Of a stretch of 64,000 nucleotides of DNA, positions 34,017-42,024 are shown piece by piece. Made by a program: the position numbers and the translations under genes. Under the pieces are notes generated by a model. That model saw only the letters and a list, made by a program, of their open reading frames with translations. It ran no database searches and was not told the origin of the DNA. Source of the DNA: Ruthenibacterium sp. (GTDB lineage Bacteria; Bacillota; Clostridia; Oscillospirales; Ruminococcaceae); the NCBI GenBank assembly GCA_020025255.1, contig JAHHSK010000001.1, forward strand, positions 98 to 64,097, given 5' to 3'. How positions within the stretch are numbered: position 1 is the first letter of the stretch; each line of letters starts with the position of its first letter.

Positions 34017-34688
34017 ATGATTCCATTCGACAGCAGCTTCACCACCCGAAGATTGGTTCTTATGGATTTGGATTCGATCCTTGCGCTTTTTCATTCCTGC
34101 GGCCGTGATTTTTCCTGGTGCACCAGAGAATGCATCGTTTCTCTTTTCAGTGCGGGCGATTTCTGGGGCGGATTTCTGGGCGATACGCTTGCAATCTGCT
34201 GCATCTGCGTTTCTTCGGATACGGATTGTGAGCCGGTACGGATCATACAGCGTGAATCGCACGGCCTTTTGCACCCGCAGCGGCTGGTTCTTCCCCCCGC
34301 CTTTACCGACGCCGGCAGTGCATTCGCCCCTTATTTCTTTTCCCAGCTGTGCCGCAGTGCGCTCACAGACACGAATACCCATGCCCCGCTGCACACGTTG
34401 GCTGCATTGCCTGTCAAAAGCGGCACACCGATGCTTTCCGGTTTGTTCGATGCCGGTTTTTCGGCGGTTCGCATGCGCCCGATGTTTTCCCTTCGCCCGC
34501 ACTATCTGCTGGAATTTCCCCGCAGGACGCTCCACGGCGCAAAGCCGCTGTGCATCCATATCCCGGTATCGGAAAGCTATACAATATGCCGACTGCTGGA
34601 AATCGGCTGGCGCGCATGCGCTGTTCAGGATACCGCCTATGAAAGCTCCGGCGGGCCGTTCCTGTGCCTTTTCGGGGATTTTGAGTGA
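34017..34688 (+). CDS. Hypothetical protein
   Basis: GGGAGG RBS before ATG 34017; fills the gap; no family recognised. Confidence 0.55.
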   Translation: MIPFDSSFTTRRLVLMDLDSILALFHSCGRDFSWCTRECIVSLFSAGDFWGGFLGDTLAICCICVSSDTDCEPVRIIQRESHGLLHPQRLVLPPAFTDAGSAFAPYFFSQLCRSALTDTNTHAPLHTLAALPVKSGTPMLSGLFDAGFSAVRMRPMFSLRPHYLLEFPRRTLHGAKPLCIHIPVSESYTICRLLEIGWRACAVQDTAYESSGGPFLCLFGDFE

Positions 34689-34722
34689 TTTTTAAGGAAT
34701 TGTAAACTTTGCAATTTAGTTC

Positions 34723-34770
34723 TTGACGAAACCAAAGATGCGCCTTACACTTAGTTAAGTGTGTTAACTA
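34723..34770 (+). promoter_or_regulatory. Sigma-A promoter with probable MarR operator
   Basis: TTGACG-17 nt-TACACT followed directly by the inverted repeat TAGTTAA-N5-TTAACTA. Confidence 0.65.
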
Positions 34771-34810
34771 TTATCTATATTAAGTATTTGGGCTTGGAAG
34801 GAGGCTTGCT

Positions 34811-35317
34811 ATGAACAGCCTGAATGACCGCACTGCCGATTTTTTTCGTGTTATGGATCGTGTTCGGCGTGCGTGGCGTAAGATTACGCCATGTGATTTT
34901 CTGAACAAATCGCAGCTGCGAACCCTTATGGAAATTTCCCGCCAGACGCAGCGGTTGGAAGAAGATACCGGAAAAAGCACCGGGGTTCCGCTTTCCGTTC
35001 TTGCTTGTGCTATGAATTTAAGCCTTCCCGCTTTGAGTCAGCGCATGCGTACTTTGGAAGAGCTTGGCTACATCGAACGGGTTCCCGATCCTTGCGACCG
35101 GCGCGTTATCGGTCTTCGCCTTACTTTGGAAGGCGAAAAGACAAAGCAGGAGGCGCACGAGCATTTTACCTTTTTGCTCACGGAAACGCTGAATCGCCTT
35201 GGCCCTGAAAATTCGCGCCAGCTGATCGAACTTCTTTCCCTGCTTGCCCAAGCCTTTGAAGAAACCGGCAGCCAAAGCTATGAGCAAAAAACTACTGTGG
35301 AGGATATCACTCTATGA
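34811..35317 (+). CDS. MarR family transcriptional regulator
   Basis: SLPALSQRMRTLEELGYIER...DRR...LTLEG. Confidence 0.9.
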   Translation: MNSLNDRTADFFRVMDRVRRAWRKITPCDFLNKSQLRTLMEISRQTQRLEEDTGKSTGVPLSVLACAMNLSLPALSQRMRTLEELGYIERVPDPCDRRVIGLRLTLEGEKTKQEAHEHFTFLLTETLNRLGPENSRQLIELLSLLAQAFEETGSQSYEQKTTVEDITL

Positions 35318-37554
35318 TGAAACTAAAGCATTATTTAAAGCCTTATGTCGGCTATATCGCCCTGATGCTGCTTCTTTTGTTCTGTCAGGCCGCTGTGGAC
35401 CTGAATTTGCCGAACATGATGAGCAATATCGTAAACATCGGCATCCAACGCAGCGGCATTACCGAAACTGCGCCGGATGTCATCAGCCGGGATTCGCTTT
35501 CTTTTATGACCCGCTTTATGTCGAAAGCCGATTCCGAACAGATTGCACAGCTTTACGCTCCGGTCGATTTTTCCGCCATGACGGAAAACGAGCGCAGCCG
35601 CTTTGCACATACATGGCCAAATGCACAGTCGCTTGCCGCTTTTCAGCTTCTTGATACACAAAGCCCGGATTCCCAGGCACAGGCGGATGCCATTTTCGGG
35701 CGCGCCTGCTATGCTCTCATGCATTTTGTACAGACGCTGTCTGCAAGCACGGATCGATCGGTGCCTGCCGGGGACACGGAATCGGTTTCCTTTGATTCGG
35801 CACAATTTGCAAAGCTTGCGGCCATGCTGGATACTCTGCCGCCTGAAATGATTTCCGATGCCATCGATGTCGCAGCCGATATCCCAAGTGCCATGACCGA
35901 ACAAACGGCATCCGTTTTCACCAAGGGCTTTTACCTTGAGCTGGGCACAGATATCAGTGCGCGGCAGACGCGCTACATCTTCAGCGTGGGCGGCAAAATG
36001 CTTCTTCTTACGCTTGCCTTGGTTTGCTGTGCCCTGGGTACCGGCTTTTGCGGCAGCCGCCTTGGCACCGGCGTTGCGCGCGATTTGCGCCGTGATGTTT
36101 TCACCCGCGTTACCAGCTTTACAAGCAACGAATACGATCGCTTCGGCACTGCAAGCCTGATTACGCGCACCTCGAATGACGTAATGCAGATTCGCGGCTT
36201 GCTTTCTATGGGGCTGCGCGTTATGTTCTATGCGCCGATCATCGGCATCGGCGGCATCTTCATGGCCATGAACAAAAGCGCGGGAATGGCATGGGTCATT
36301 GCCCTTGCCGCCGCAGTTATTTTCGGCGTCATCCTGGTTTTGTTTTCGGTTGCCATTCCCCGGTTCAAAATCATGCAGAAGCTGGTGGACAAGCTCAATC
36401 TGGTCAGCCGCGAAAATCTTTCGGGTATGTTGGTAATCCGCGCTTTTGCAACACAGAAATTTGAAGAAAATCGCTTTGCCAAAGCGAACAAAGAGCTTGC
36501 CGACAATAATCTGTTTGTTTACCGCGCCATGGCTGTCATGATGCCGACCATGATGTTTATTATGAACCTGATTTCCCTGCTGATCGTGTGGGTAGGCGGA
36601 CACCAGATTGCCGAAGCCTCGATGCAGGTCGGGGACATGATGGCCTTCATCCAGTACACCATGCAGATCATCATGAGTTTTCTGATGATCAGCATGATTT
36701 TTGTCATGATCCCGCGCGCTGCTGTTTCCGCCAACCGGATCGCTGAAGTTCTGCAGACAGAAAGCCCGATTCAGGATCCCAAAGCACCGGAGCATTTGGC
36801 ACAGCCTGTACAGGGTGTCATCCGCTTCAACGATGTTTCTTTCCGCTACGATGGCGCAAGCGAAAATGTGCTGGAGCACGTCAGCTTCACTGCGCGTCCC
36901 GGACAAACCACTGCCTTCATCGGCTCTACCGGCAGCGGAAAATCCACTCTCGTCAATCTGATCCCTCGTTTTTACGATGTCACGGAAGGCAGCATCACAC
37001 TGGACGGCGTTGATATTCGCAATCTGCCGCAGCAGGAACTGCGGGATGCGATCGGCTATGTTCCGCAAAAGGGCGTGCTCTTTTCCGGTGATATCGCCTC
37101 CAATCTGCGCATGGGCTGTGTGGATGCACAGGAAAGCGTACTGAACAGCGCATGCGACACCGCACAGGCCACCGAGTTCATCTCCACACTGCCGCAAGGG
37201 CTGCACACCCCCATAAGTCAGGGCGGCACAAACGTATCCGGCGGTCAACGGCAGCGTCTTTCCATTGCGCGCGCCTTAGTAAAGGACGCCCCTGTTTACA
37301 TTTTCGACGATACCTTTTCCGCACTGGATTTCAAAACCGATGCCAGCCTGCGCGCGGCACTGAAACAGCGCACCGGCAGCGCCACCATGCTGATTGTCGC
37401 GCAGCGTGTTTCTACGATCATGCATGCCGAACAGATCATTGTGCTGGATGAAGGCCGCGTCGTGGGCATCGGCACCCATCAACAGCTGCTTGAGCATTGC
37501 AGCACTTACCGCGAAATTGCGCAAAGTCAGCTTTCAAAGGAGGAATTGGCATAA
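35314..37554 (+). CDS. Heterodimeric ABC exporter, subunit with degenerate catalytic residues
   Basis: TMD plus NBD: GSTGSGKS, VSGGQ, IFDD (no catalytic Glu), VAQR (no His); large extracellular loop after TM1. Confidence 0.92.
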   Translation: MMKLKHYLKPYVGYIALMLLLLFCQAAVDLNLPNMMSNIVNIGIQRSGITETAPDVISRDSLSFMTRFMSKADSEQIAQLYAPVDFSAMTENERSRFAHTWPNAQSLAAFQLLDTQSPDSQAQADAIFGRACYALMHFVQTLSASTDRSVPAGDTESVSFDSAQFAKLAAMLDTLPPEMISDAIDVAADIPSAMTEQTASVFTKGFYLELGTDISARQTRYIFSVGGKMLLLTLALVCCALGTGFCGSRLGTGVARDLRRDVFTRVTSFTSNEYDRFGTASLITRTSNDVMQIRGLLSMGLRVMFYAPIIGIGGIFMAMNKSAGMAWVIALAAAVIFGVILVLFSVAIPRFKIMQKLVDKLNLVSRENLSGMLVIRAFATQKFEENRFAKANKELADNNLFVYRAMAVMMPTMMFIMNLISLLIVWVGGHQIAEASMQVGDMMAFIQYTMQIIMSFLMISMIFVMIPRAAVSANRIAEVLQTESPIQDPKAPEHLAQPVQGVIRFNDVSFRYDGASENVLEHVSFTARPGQTTAFIGSTGSGKSTLVNLIPRFYDVTEGSITLDGVDIRNLPQQELRDAIGYVPQKGVLFSGDIASNLRMGCVDAQESVLNSACDTAQATEFISTLPQGLHTPISQGGTNVSGGQRQRLSIARALVKDAPVYIFDDTFSALDFKTDASLRAALKQRTGSATMLIVAQRVSTIMHAEQIIVLDEGRVVGIGTHQQLLEHCSTYREIAQSQLSKEELA

Positions 37555-39371
37555 TGGCAGCACATGGAAGAGGCGCGCGCGGCATGATGCCGGGCGAAAA
37601 GGCCAAAGACTTCAAAGGCACAATCGCCAATCTGATACGCTATCTCAAACGATATCTGCCGGCGATCGTTATGGTAATGCTGTTTGCCGTCGGCTCCACG
37701 ATTTTTTCAATTCTGGGTCCGCGCATTCTCGGCACTGCAACCACCGAACTTTTCAACGGGGTCATTGCACAGCTGACGGGAACGGGCAGCATCAATTTTT
37801 CTGCCGTTCTGCGCATTCTGGTTTTTCTCGGCATCATTTACCTTGTATCGGCTGTTCTTTCGTATATTCAGGGCTTCATCATGACGAAGGTTTCCACCGA
37901 AATCAGCTATGGCATGCGCCGTGATATCAGCCAAAAGATCAATCGGCTTCCGCTTTCGTATTTTGACCGTGTCTCCCACGGCGAAGTATTGAGCCGCATT
38001 ACCAACGATGTGGATACTGTTACACAGACGCTCAATCAAAGCATGACGCAGATCGTCACCAGTGTCACGCAATTCATCGGCGTTCTGATCATGATGCTTA
38101 CGATCAGCCCTCTGATGACGTTGATTGCGCTGTGCATCCTTCCGCTGAGCCTTGTGATCGTGCGCAGTGTGGTAAAGCGCAGCCAGCCTTTCTTTCAAAA
38201 GCAGCAGGCTTACCTTGGGGAAATCAACGGTCATGTAGAAGAAATGTATGGCGGACATCTTGTTGTCACTGCCTTTAACGGCGAGCAGGAAAGCCTGCGC
38301 ACGTTCAATGAAATCAATGACCGTCTGTACGATGTCTCCTGGAAAAGCCAGTTTCTATCCGGCATGATGATGCCTTTGATGAACTTTGTCGGCAATATCG
38401 GCTATGTCGGGATCTGCGTGCTCGGCGGGTTCCTTTCCCTGCGCGGCGCGATCACCGTCGGCAATATCCAGGCGTTCATTCAATATGTCCGCAACTTCAC
38501 ACAGCCGATCCAGCAGATTGCAAATATTTCCAATGTTTTGCAGCAAACCGCTGCCGCTGCCGAACGGGTGTTCGGTTTTCTGGAAGAAACCGAAGAAGAG
38601 CCGGATCCGGAAAATGCACTTCCGCCGGATATGATCCAAGGTGAGGTCGCCTTTGCGCATGTTCATTTTGGATATTCGCCGGAAAAGACGATCATCCACG
38701 ATTTTTCGGCAATCATCCGCCCGGGGCAGAAAGTTGCGATTGTCGGCCCGACTGGTGCCGGGAAAACAACCATTGTAAAACTGCTGATGCGCTTTTATGA
38801 TGTGGACAGCGGCGCGGTGCTGCTCGACGGCCTGGATGTGCGTCAGTTTGCCCGAAACGACCTGCGCGGCTCGTTCGGCATGGTGCTTCAGGACACCTGG
38901 CTTTACAACGCTTCCATTATGGAAAACATCCGCTATGGCCGTCTGGATGCAACCGATGAGGAAGTGATCGCCGCTGCAAAGGCAGCGCAAATCGACCATT
39001 ATGTGCGCACCCTTCCGCAAGGGTATGATACCGTTCTTAACGAGGAAGCAAGCAATATCAGTCAGGGGCAAAAACAGCTTTTGACCATTGCACGCACCAT
39101 TATTTCCGAGCCGAAGATCCTGATTTTTGATGAAGCGACCTCCAGCGTGGATACCCGCACCGAGCTGTCGATCAAACGCGCCATGGATCATCTTATGGAA
39201 AACCGGACCAGCTTTATTATTGCACATCGTCTTTCTACAATCCGCGATGCGGATCTGATCCTGGTAATGAAGGATGGCGATATCGTAGAAACCGGACAGC
39301 ACGAAGATCTTCTTGCCAAGGGCGGATTTTACAGCGAACTGTATAAAAGCCAGTTTGCCGATGTGGGATGA
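37554..39371 (+). CDS. Heterodimeric ABC exporter, subunit with consensus catalytic residues
   Basis: GPTGAGKT, ISQGQ, IFDEATS, IAHRLS; ATG overlaps the upstream TAA. Confidence 0.92.
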   Translation: MAAHGRGARGMMPGEKAKDFKGTIANLIRYLKRYLPAIVMVMLFAVGSTIFSILGPRILGTATTELFNGVIAQLTGTGSINFSAVLRILVFLGIIYLVSAVLSYIQGFIMTKVSTEISYGMRRDISQKINRLPLSYFDRVSHGEVLSRITNDVDTVTQTLNQSMTQIVTSVTQFIGVLIMMLTISPLMTLIALCILPLSLVIVRSVVKRSQPFFQKQQAYLGEINGHVEEMYGGHLVVTAFNGEQESLRTFNEINDRLYDVSWKSQFLSGMMMPLMNFVGNIGYVGICVLGGFLSLRGAITVGNIQAFIQYVRNFTQPIQQIANISNVLQQTAAAAERVFGFLEETEEEPDPENALPPDMIQGEVAFAHVHFGYSPEKTIIHDFSAIIRPGQKVAIVGPTGAGKTTIVKLLMRFYDVDSGAVLLDGLDVRQFARNDLRGSFGMVLQDTWLYNASIMENIRYGRLDATDEEVIAAAKAAQIDHYVRTLPQGYDTVLNEEASNISQGQKQLLTIARTIISEPKILIFDEATSSVDTRTELSIKRAMDHLMENRTSFIIAHRLSTIRDADLILVMKDGDIVETGQHEDLLAKGGFYSELYKSQFADVG

Positions 39372-39384
39372 TTCCTGCTATACC

Positions 39385-39430
39385 AAACGCAGCGAAGGAA
39401 CACAAAGCGTGTTCCTTCGCTGCGTTTTTT
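39385..39430 (+). terminator. Terminator of the MarR-ABC operon
   Basis: AAACGCAGCGAAGGAACAC...GTGTTCCTTCGCTGCGTTTTTT. Confidence 0.8.
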
Positions 39431-39453
39431 GATTCTGTATTGCGGATAAAAAG

Positions 39454-39481
39454 AAAAAGCCCCGTTTTAAACGGGGCTTTT
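39454..39481 (-). terminator. Terminator of the zinc-ribbon gene
   Basis: AAAAAGCCCCGT-TTTAA-ACGGGGCTTTT, 13 nt past the stop. Confidence 0.75.
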
Positions 39482-39494
39482 GAAGATGCTGAAA

Positions 39495-39773
39495 TCAGCC
39501 CTCTTCCTTCATCTTTGCAAAGCACTCGCTGCAATAGACCGGACGGTCTTCGCGGGGCTTGAAAGGAACGCGAGCTTCTTTGCCGCATGCTGCGCAGGTA
39601 GCGGTGTACATCTCGCGGGTGCCATGGCCGGCGTTCTTGCGGGCATCACGGCAGGCTTTGCAGCGCTGGGGCTCGTTTTCGAAGCCACGGCTTGCATAAA
39701 ATTCCTGCTCACCGGCGGTAAATACAAATTCTTTGCCGCAATCTTTGCATACCAGAGTCTTGTCTTCGTACAT
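39495..39773 (-). CDS. Small double zinc-ribbon protein (zf-trcl plus CxxC-x17-CxxC domains), 92 aa
   Basis: MYEDKTLVCKDCG...EPQRCKACR...ATCAACG...VPFKP...PVYCSECF; GGAG RBS upstream of ATG 39773. Confidence 0.9.
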   Translation of the reverse strand: MYEDKTLVCKDCGKEFVFTAGEQEFYASRGFENEPQRCKACRDARKNAGHGTREMYTATCAACGKEARVPFKPREDRPVYCSECFAKMKEEG

Positions 39774-39802
39774 TTTGGGTATCTCCATTTCGGATTAAAT
39801 TT

Positions 39803-39872
39803 TGCCCGCGGAAGGATTCACACCGACACCTTTGATCTGGGACCAACGCTCTTTACTTAAGCTACAAGGGGC
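39803..39872 (-). ncRNA. tRNA-like element (non-canonical cloverleaf)
   Basis: Minus strand GCCCCTTG TA GCTT AAGTAAA GAGC G TTGGT CCCAG ATCAA AGGT GTCGG TGTGAAT CCTTC CGCGGGC A: acceptor-, D-, anticodon- and T-like arms in tRNA order and spacing; no encoded CCA. Confidence 0.7.
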
Positions 39873-39901
39873 ATATTGAACGGTTTTCAACCGCTGCCAA
39901 C

Positions 39902-40438
39902 TTATTTCAGTTTTGCGCGTACCCGCTGCAGTGCATTATCCACTGCTTTTTCATTGACACAAAGCCTTTTCGCGATCTGCGCATAGGAACTGCCTTCCAA
40001 AAACAGCGACAATACCTGCTTTTCCATATGGGAAAGGCGCGTATCAATGCTTTGCATTGTCTGGCAGTAACGCTCATTTTCCACAAACAATTCTTCCGGC
40101 CCGGGTATGCTTTCATATTCCGAATACGGCACCGACGTATTCAGCGGCATATGCTTATTGCGCCCTGCCGCCCGCACTGCGGATGCCACTGCATTCTGCA
40201 CACAGGCGCGGGCATAGGTTGCAAACCGCACGCCTTTTTCTGCATCATAGGTTTCCAACGCCGAAAAAAAACCGATCAACCCTTCCTGCACCAAATCATC
40301 AAAATCCAAGCCGCGGCACCGAGACTGCACCGCAAGCGAACGGATCTGCGGCATCTGGCGGGCAATCAGTGCCGCAAGTGCCTGTTCATCCCCGCCCTTT
40401 GCCTGTTCTATTTGCATTGTGATGATATCGTTTTCCAT
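39902..40438 (-). CDS. SigH-like RNA polymerase sigma-70 factor
   Basis: DDLVQEGLIG, FATYA, GRNKHMPLN, VDNALQRVRAKL (SigH-type motifs). Confidence 0.85.
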   Translation of the reverse strand: MENDIITMQIEQAKGGDEQALAALIARQMPQIRSLAVQSRCRGLDFDDLVQEGLIGFFSALETYDAEKGVRFATYARACVQNAVASAVRAAGRNKHMPLNTSVPYSEYESIPGPEELFVENERYCQTMQSIDTRLSHMEKQVLSLFLEGSSYAQIAKRLCVNEKAVDNALQRVRAKLK

Positions 40439-40469
40439 GAAGGCTCCGTTTTATTTTGTGGACTATCTC

Positions 40470-40498
40470 ATTTTACTTGCGTTTCACTCAAAAGTCAA
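40470..40498 (-). promoter_or_regulatory. Sigma-A promoter of the sigH-like gene
   Basis: Minus strand TTGACT-17 nt-TAAAAT. Confidence 0.7.
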
Positions 40499-40575
40499 GG
40501 ATAAACACCGTTTCGATCTGAACTTTGTTTGTTTTGGACTATAAATCCATTCGTTCCTTGTACTTTATTGCCCTG

Positions 40576-40613
40576 ATTTTCACTTTGGGGCGGCTTTACC
40601 GCCCCAAAGTGAA
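40576..40613. terminator. Hairpin at the end of the MATE gene (probable terminator)
   Basis: TTCACTTTGGGGCGG-CTTTA-CCGCCCCAAAGTGAA; no good U-tract on the minus strand. Confidence 0.5.
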
Positions 40614-40617
40614 GCCT

Positions 40618-41991
40618 TTAGGATGAAACCGTCACATTTCGGATCCACTGTCCGCCGCGTATGCGGATACAGGACAGCACCGCTTTGATCGGACTATCCA
40701 GCTTCATCATCAGGTATACGATCGGAACCGGCCAGTGCAGAACGATCCCTGTCAAAATCCCTGCCGGGATGCTTACCAGCCATAATGCACCGCAATCAAA
40801 AATAAATGCCGTCCGCGTATCCCCGCCTCCGCGCAAAATCCCAACGATGCAGCTTACGTCCACTCCCAGCGTGATCTGCAAAAGTGCCTGCATGCCAATG
40901 ATCGAATAAGCCGCATCATAGGTTTCCGGCGTTACATTGTAAAGCAGCAGAAAAACCGGACGGATCGCAAGCACGATCAAGCAGTTCAGGATCCCCACAA
41001 GCACGCTGACAAGAATCAATGTGTTCGCCGCTTTCTGTGCTCGCTGTCGGCTGCCTTCCCCTATGATTTTACCCGTAATGACCGCCGCAGCACTGCCCAC
41101 GCCGGCAAGACTGATGAACACAAGCTGATTGAGCACAGACGCGATGCTGTTTGCCGCAACAAAAACGCTGCCGATGCGTCCGATAACGATGCTTGTTACC
41201 GACATTCCGATCCCCCACATCAGCTCATTTCCCAGCACCGGCAGACTGTGGCGCGCGTAATCGCGCAGCATTTCGCTTTTAATGCGAAAGCAGTCATGCA
41301 GACGGAAATTGATCGTATGATCGCGAAAGTACATGTAAAGCAGCACCAGAACCAGCTCGCTGCATCGTGCAAAAATCGTACCGACCGCAGCGCCGCGCAC
41401 TTCCATGCGCGGCGCACCGAAGCGGCCGAAAATAAACGCATAATTGAAAAAAATATTGACGAAAAAGCTGCATGCTGTAATTCCGGCAGACATCTTTACC
41501 TTTTCCACTGCCCGCATGCTCATCATATAATTGTTTGCTATGCTGTATGGCACATAGGAAAATGCCGCAAGCGAAAGATAGGCCGCCCCGGCACGCACGA
41601 TTTCTTCATCCGTTGTGAAAATACGGATGATAGGTTCGGGCAGGAAAATACTCAGCAGGGCAATAATAAGCGATGCCGAAAACGCAAGCTGCATACTGAT
41701 GCGCATTACTTTTCGAATGCGTTCCACATCCTGCTTACCCCAATACTGTGCAATCAGCACGCTTCCGCCCGATGAAAGCCCAAAGCCGAATGACATCAAC
41801 AGTGAAAACGGCTGGCTGCCCAGATTTGCCGCGGCGATCGCAACATCGCCAAAGCTGCCAAGCATCACGCTGTCCATAACCGCCACACCAAATGAAATCA
41901 TATTCTGCAATGCAATCGGAACCGATATCGCAAGCAGCATGCGCATAAACTGCTTATTGAGCAGAAAATGGCGATCCAAAATTTTACTCAT
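40618..41991 (-). CDS. MATE family efflux transporter
   Basis: PIALQN, D..MLG, AQYWG, IFGRFGAP.M.VRGAA, ILRGGGD. Confidence 0.92.
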   Translation of the reverse strand: MSKILDRHFLLNKQFMRMLLAISVPIALQNMISFGVAVMDSVMLGSFGDVAIAAANLGSQPFSLLMSFGFGLSSGGSVLIAQYWGKQDVERIRKVMRISMQLAFSASLIIALLSIFLPEPIIRIFTTDEEIVRAGAAYLSLAAFSYVPYSIANNYMMSMRAVEKVKMSAGITACSFFVNIFFNYAFIFGRFGAPRMEVRGAAVGTIFARCSELVLVLLYMYFRDHTINFRLHDCFRIKSEMLRDYARHSLPVLGNELMWGIGMSVTSIVIGRIGSVFVAANSIASVLNQLVFISLAGVGSAAAVITGKIIGEGSRQRAQKAANTLILVSVLVGILNCLIVLAIRPVFLLLYNVTPETYDAAYSIIGMQALLQITLGVDVSCIVGILRGGGDTRTAFIFDCGALWLVSIPAGILTGIVLHWPVPIVYLMMKLDSPIKAVLSCIRIRGGQWIRNVTVSS

Positions 41992-42024
41992 ATTTTTCCC
42001 ATATCCCTTTCCGAAAAGCCCGCC

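Noticed and set aside
35335..37248. 637-aa minus-strand ORF (and similar long shadows over atpA, atpD, tex and polA)
   Set aside because: Opposite-strand shadows expected from biased codon usage.
35314..39371. Non-canonical catalytic residues in the ABC pair as a novelty
   Set aside because: This is the normal degenerate/consensus asymmetry of TM287/288-type heterodimeric exporters.
39803..39872. Calling the cloverleaf a functional tRNA-Trp(CCA)
   Set aside because: It lacks D-loop GG, U33 and T-psi-C, has T-stem mismatches and a bulged acceptor stem; reported as tRNA-like instead.
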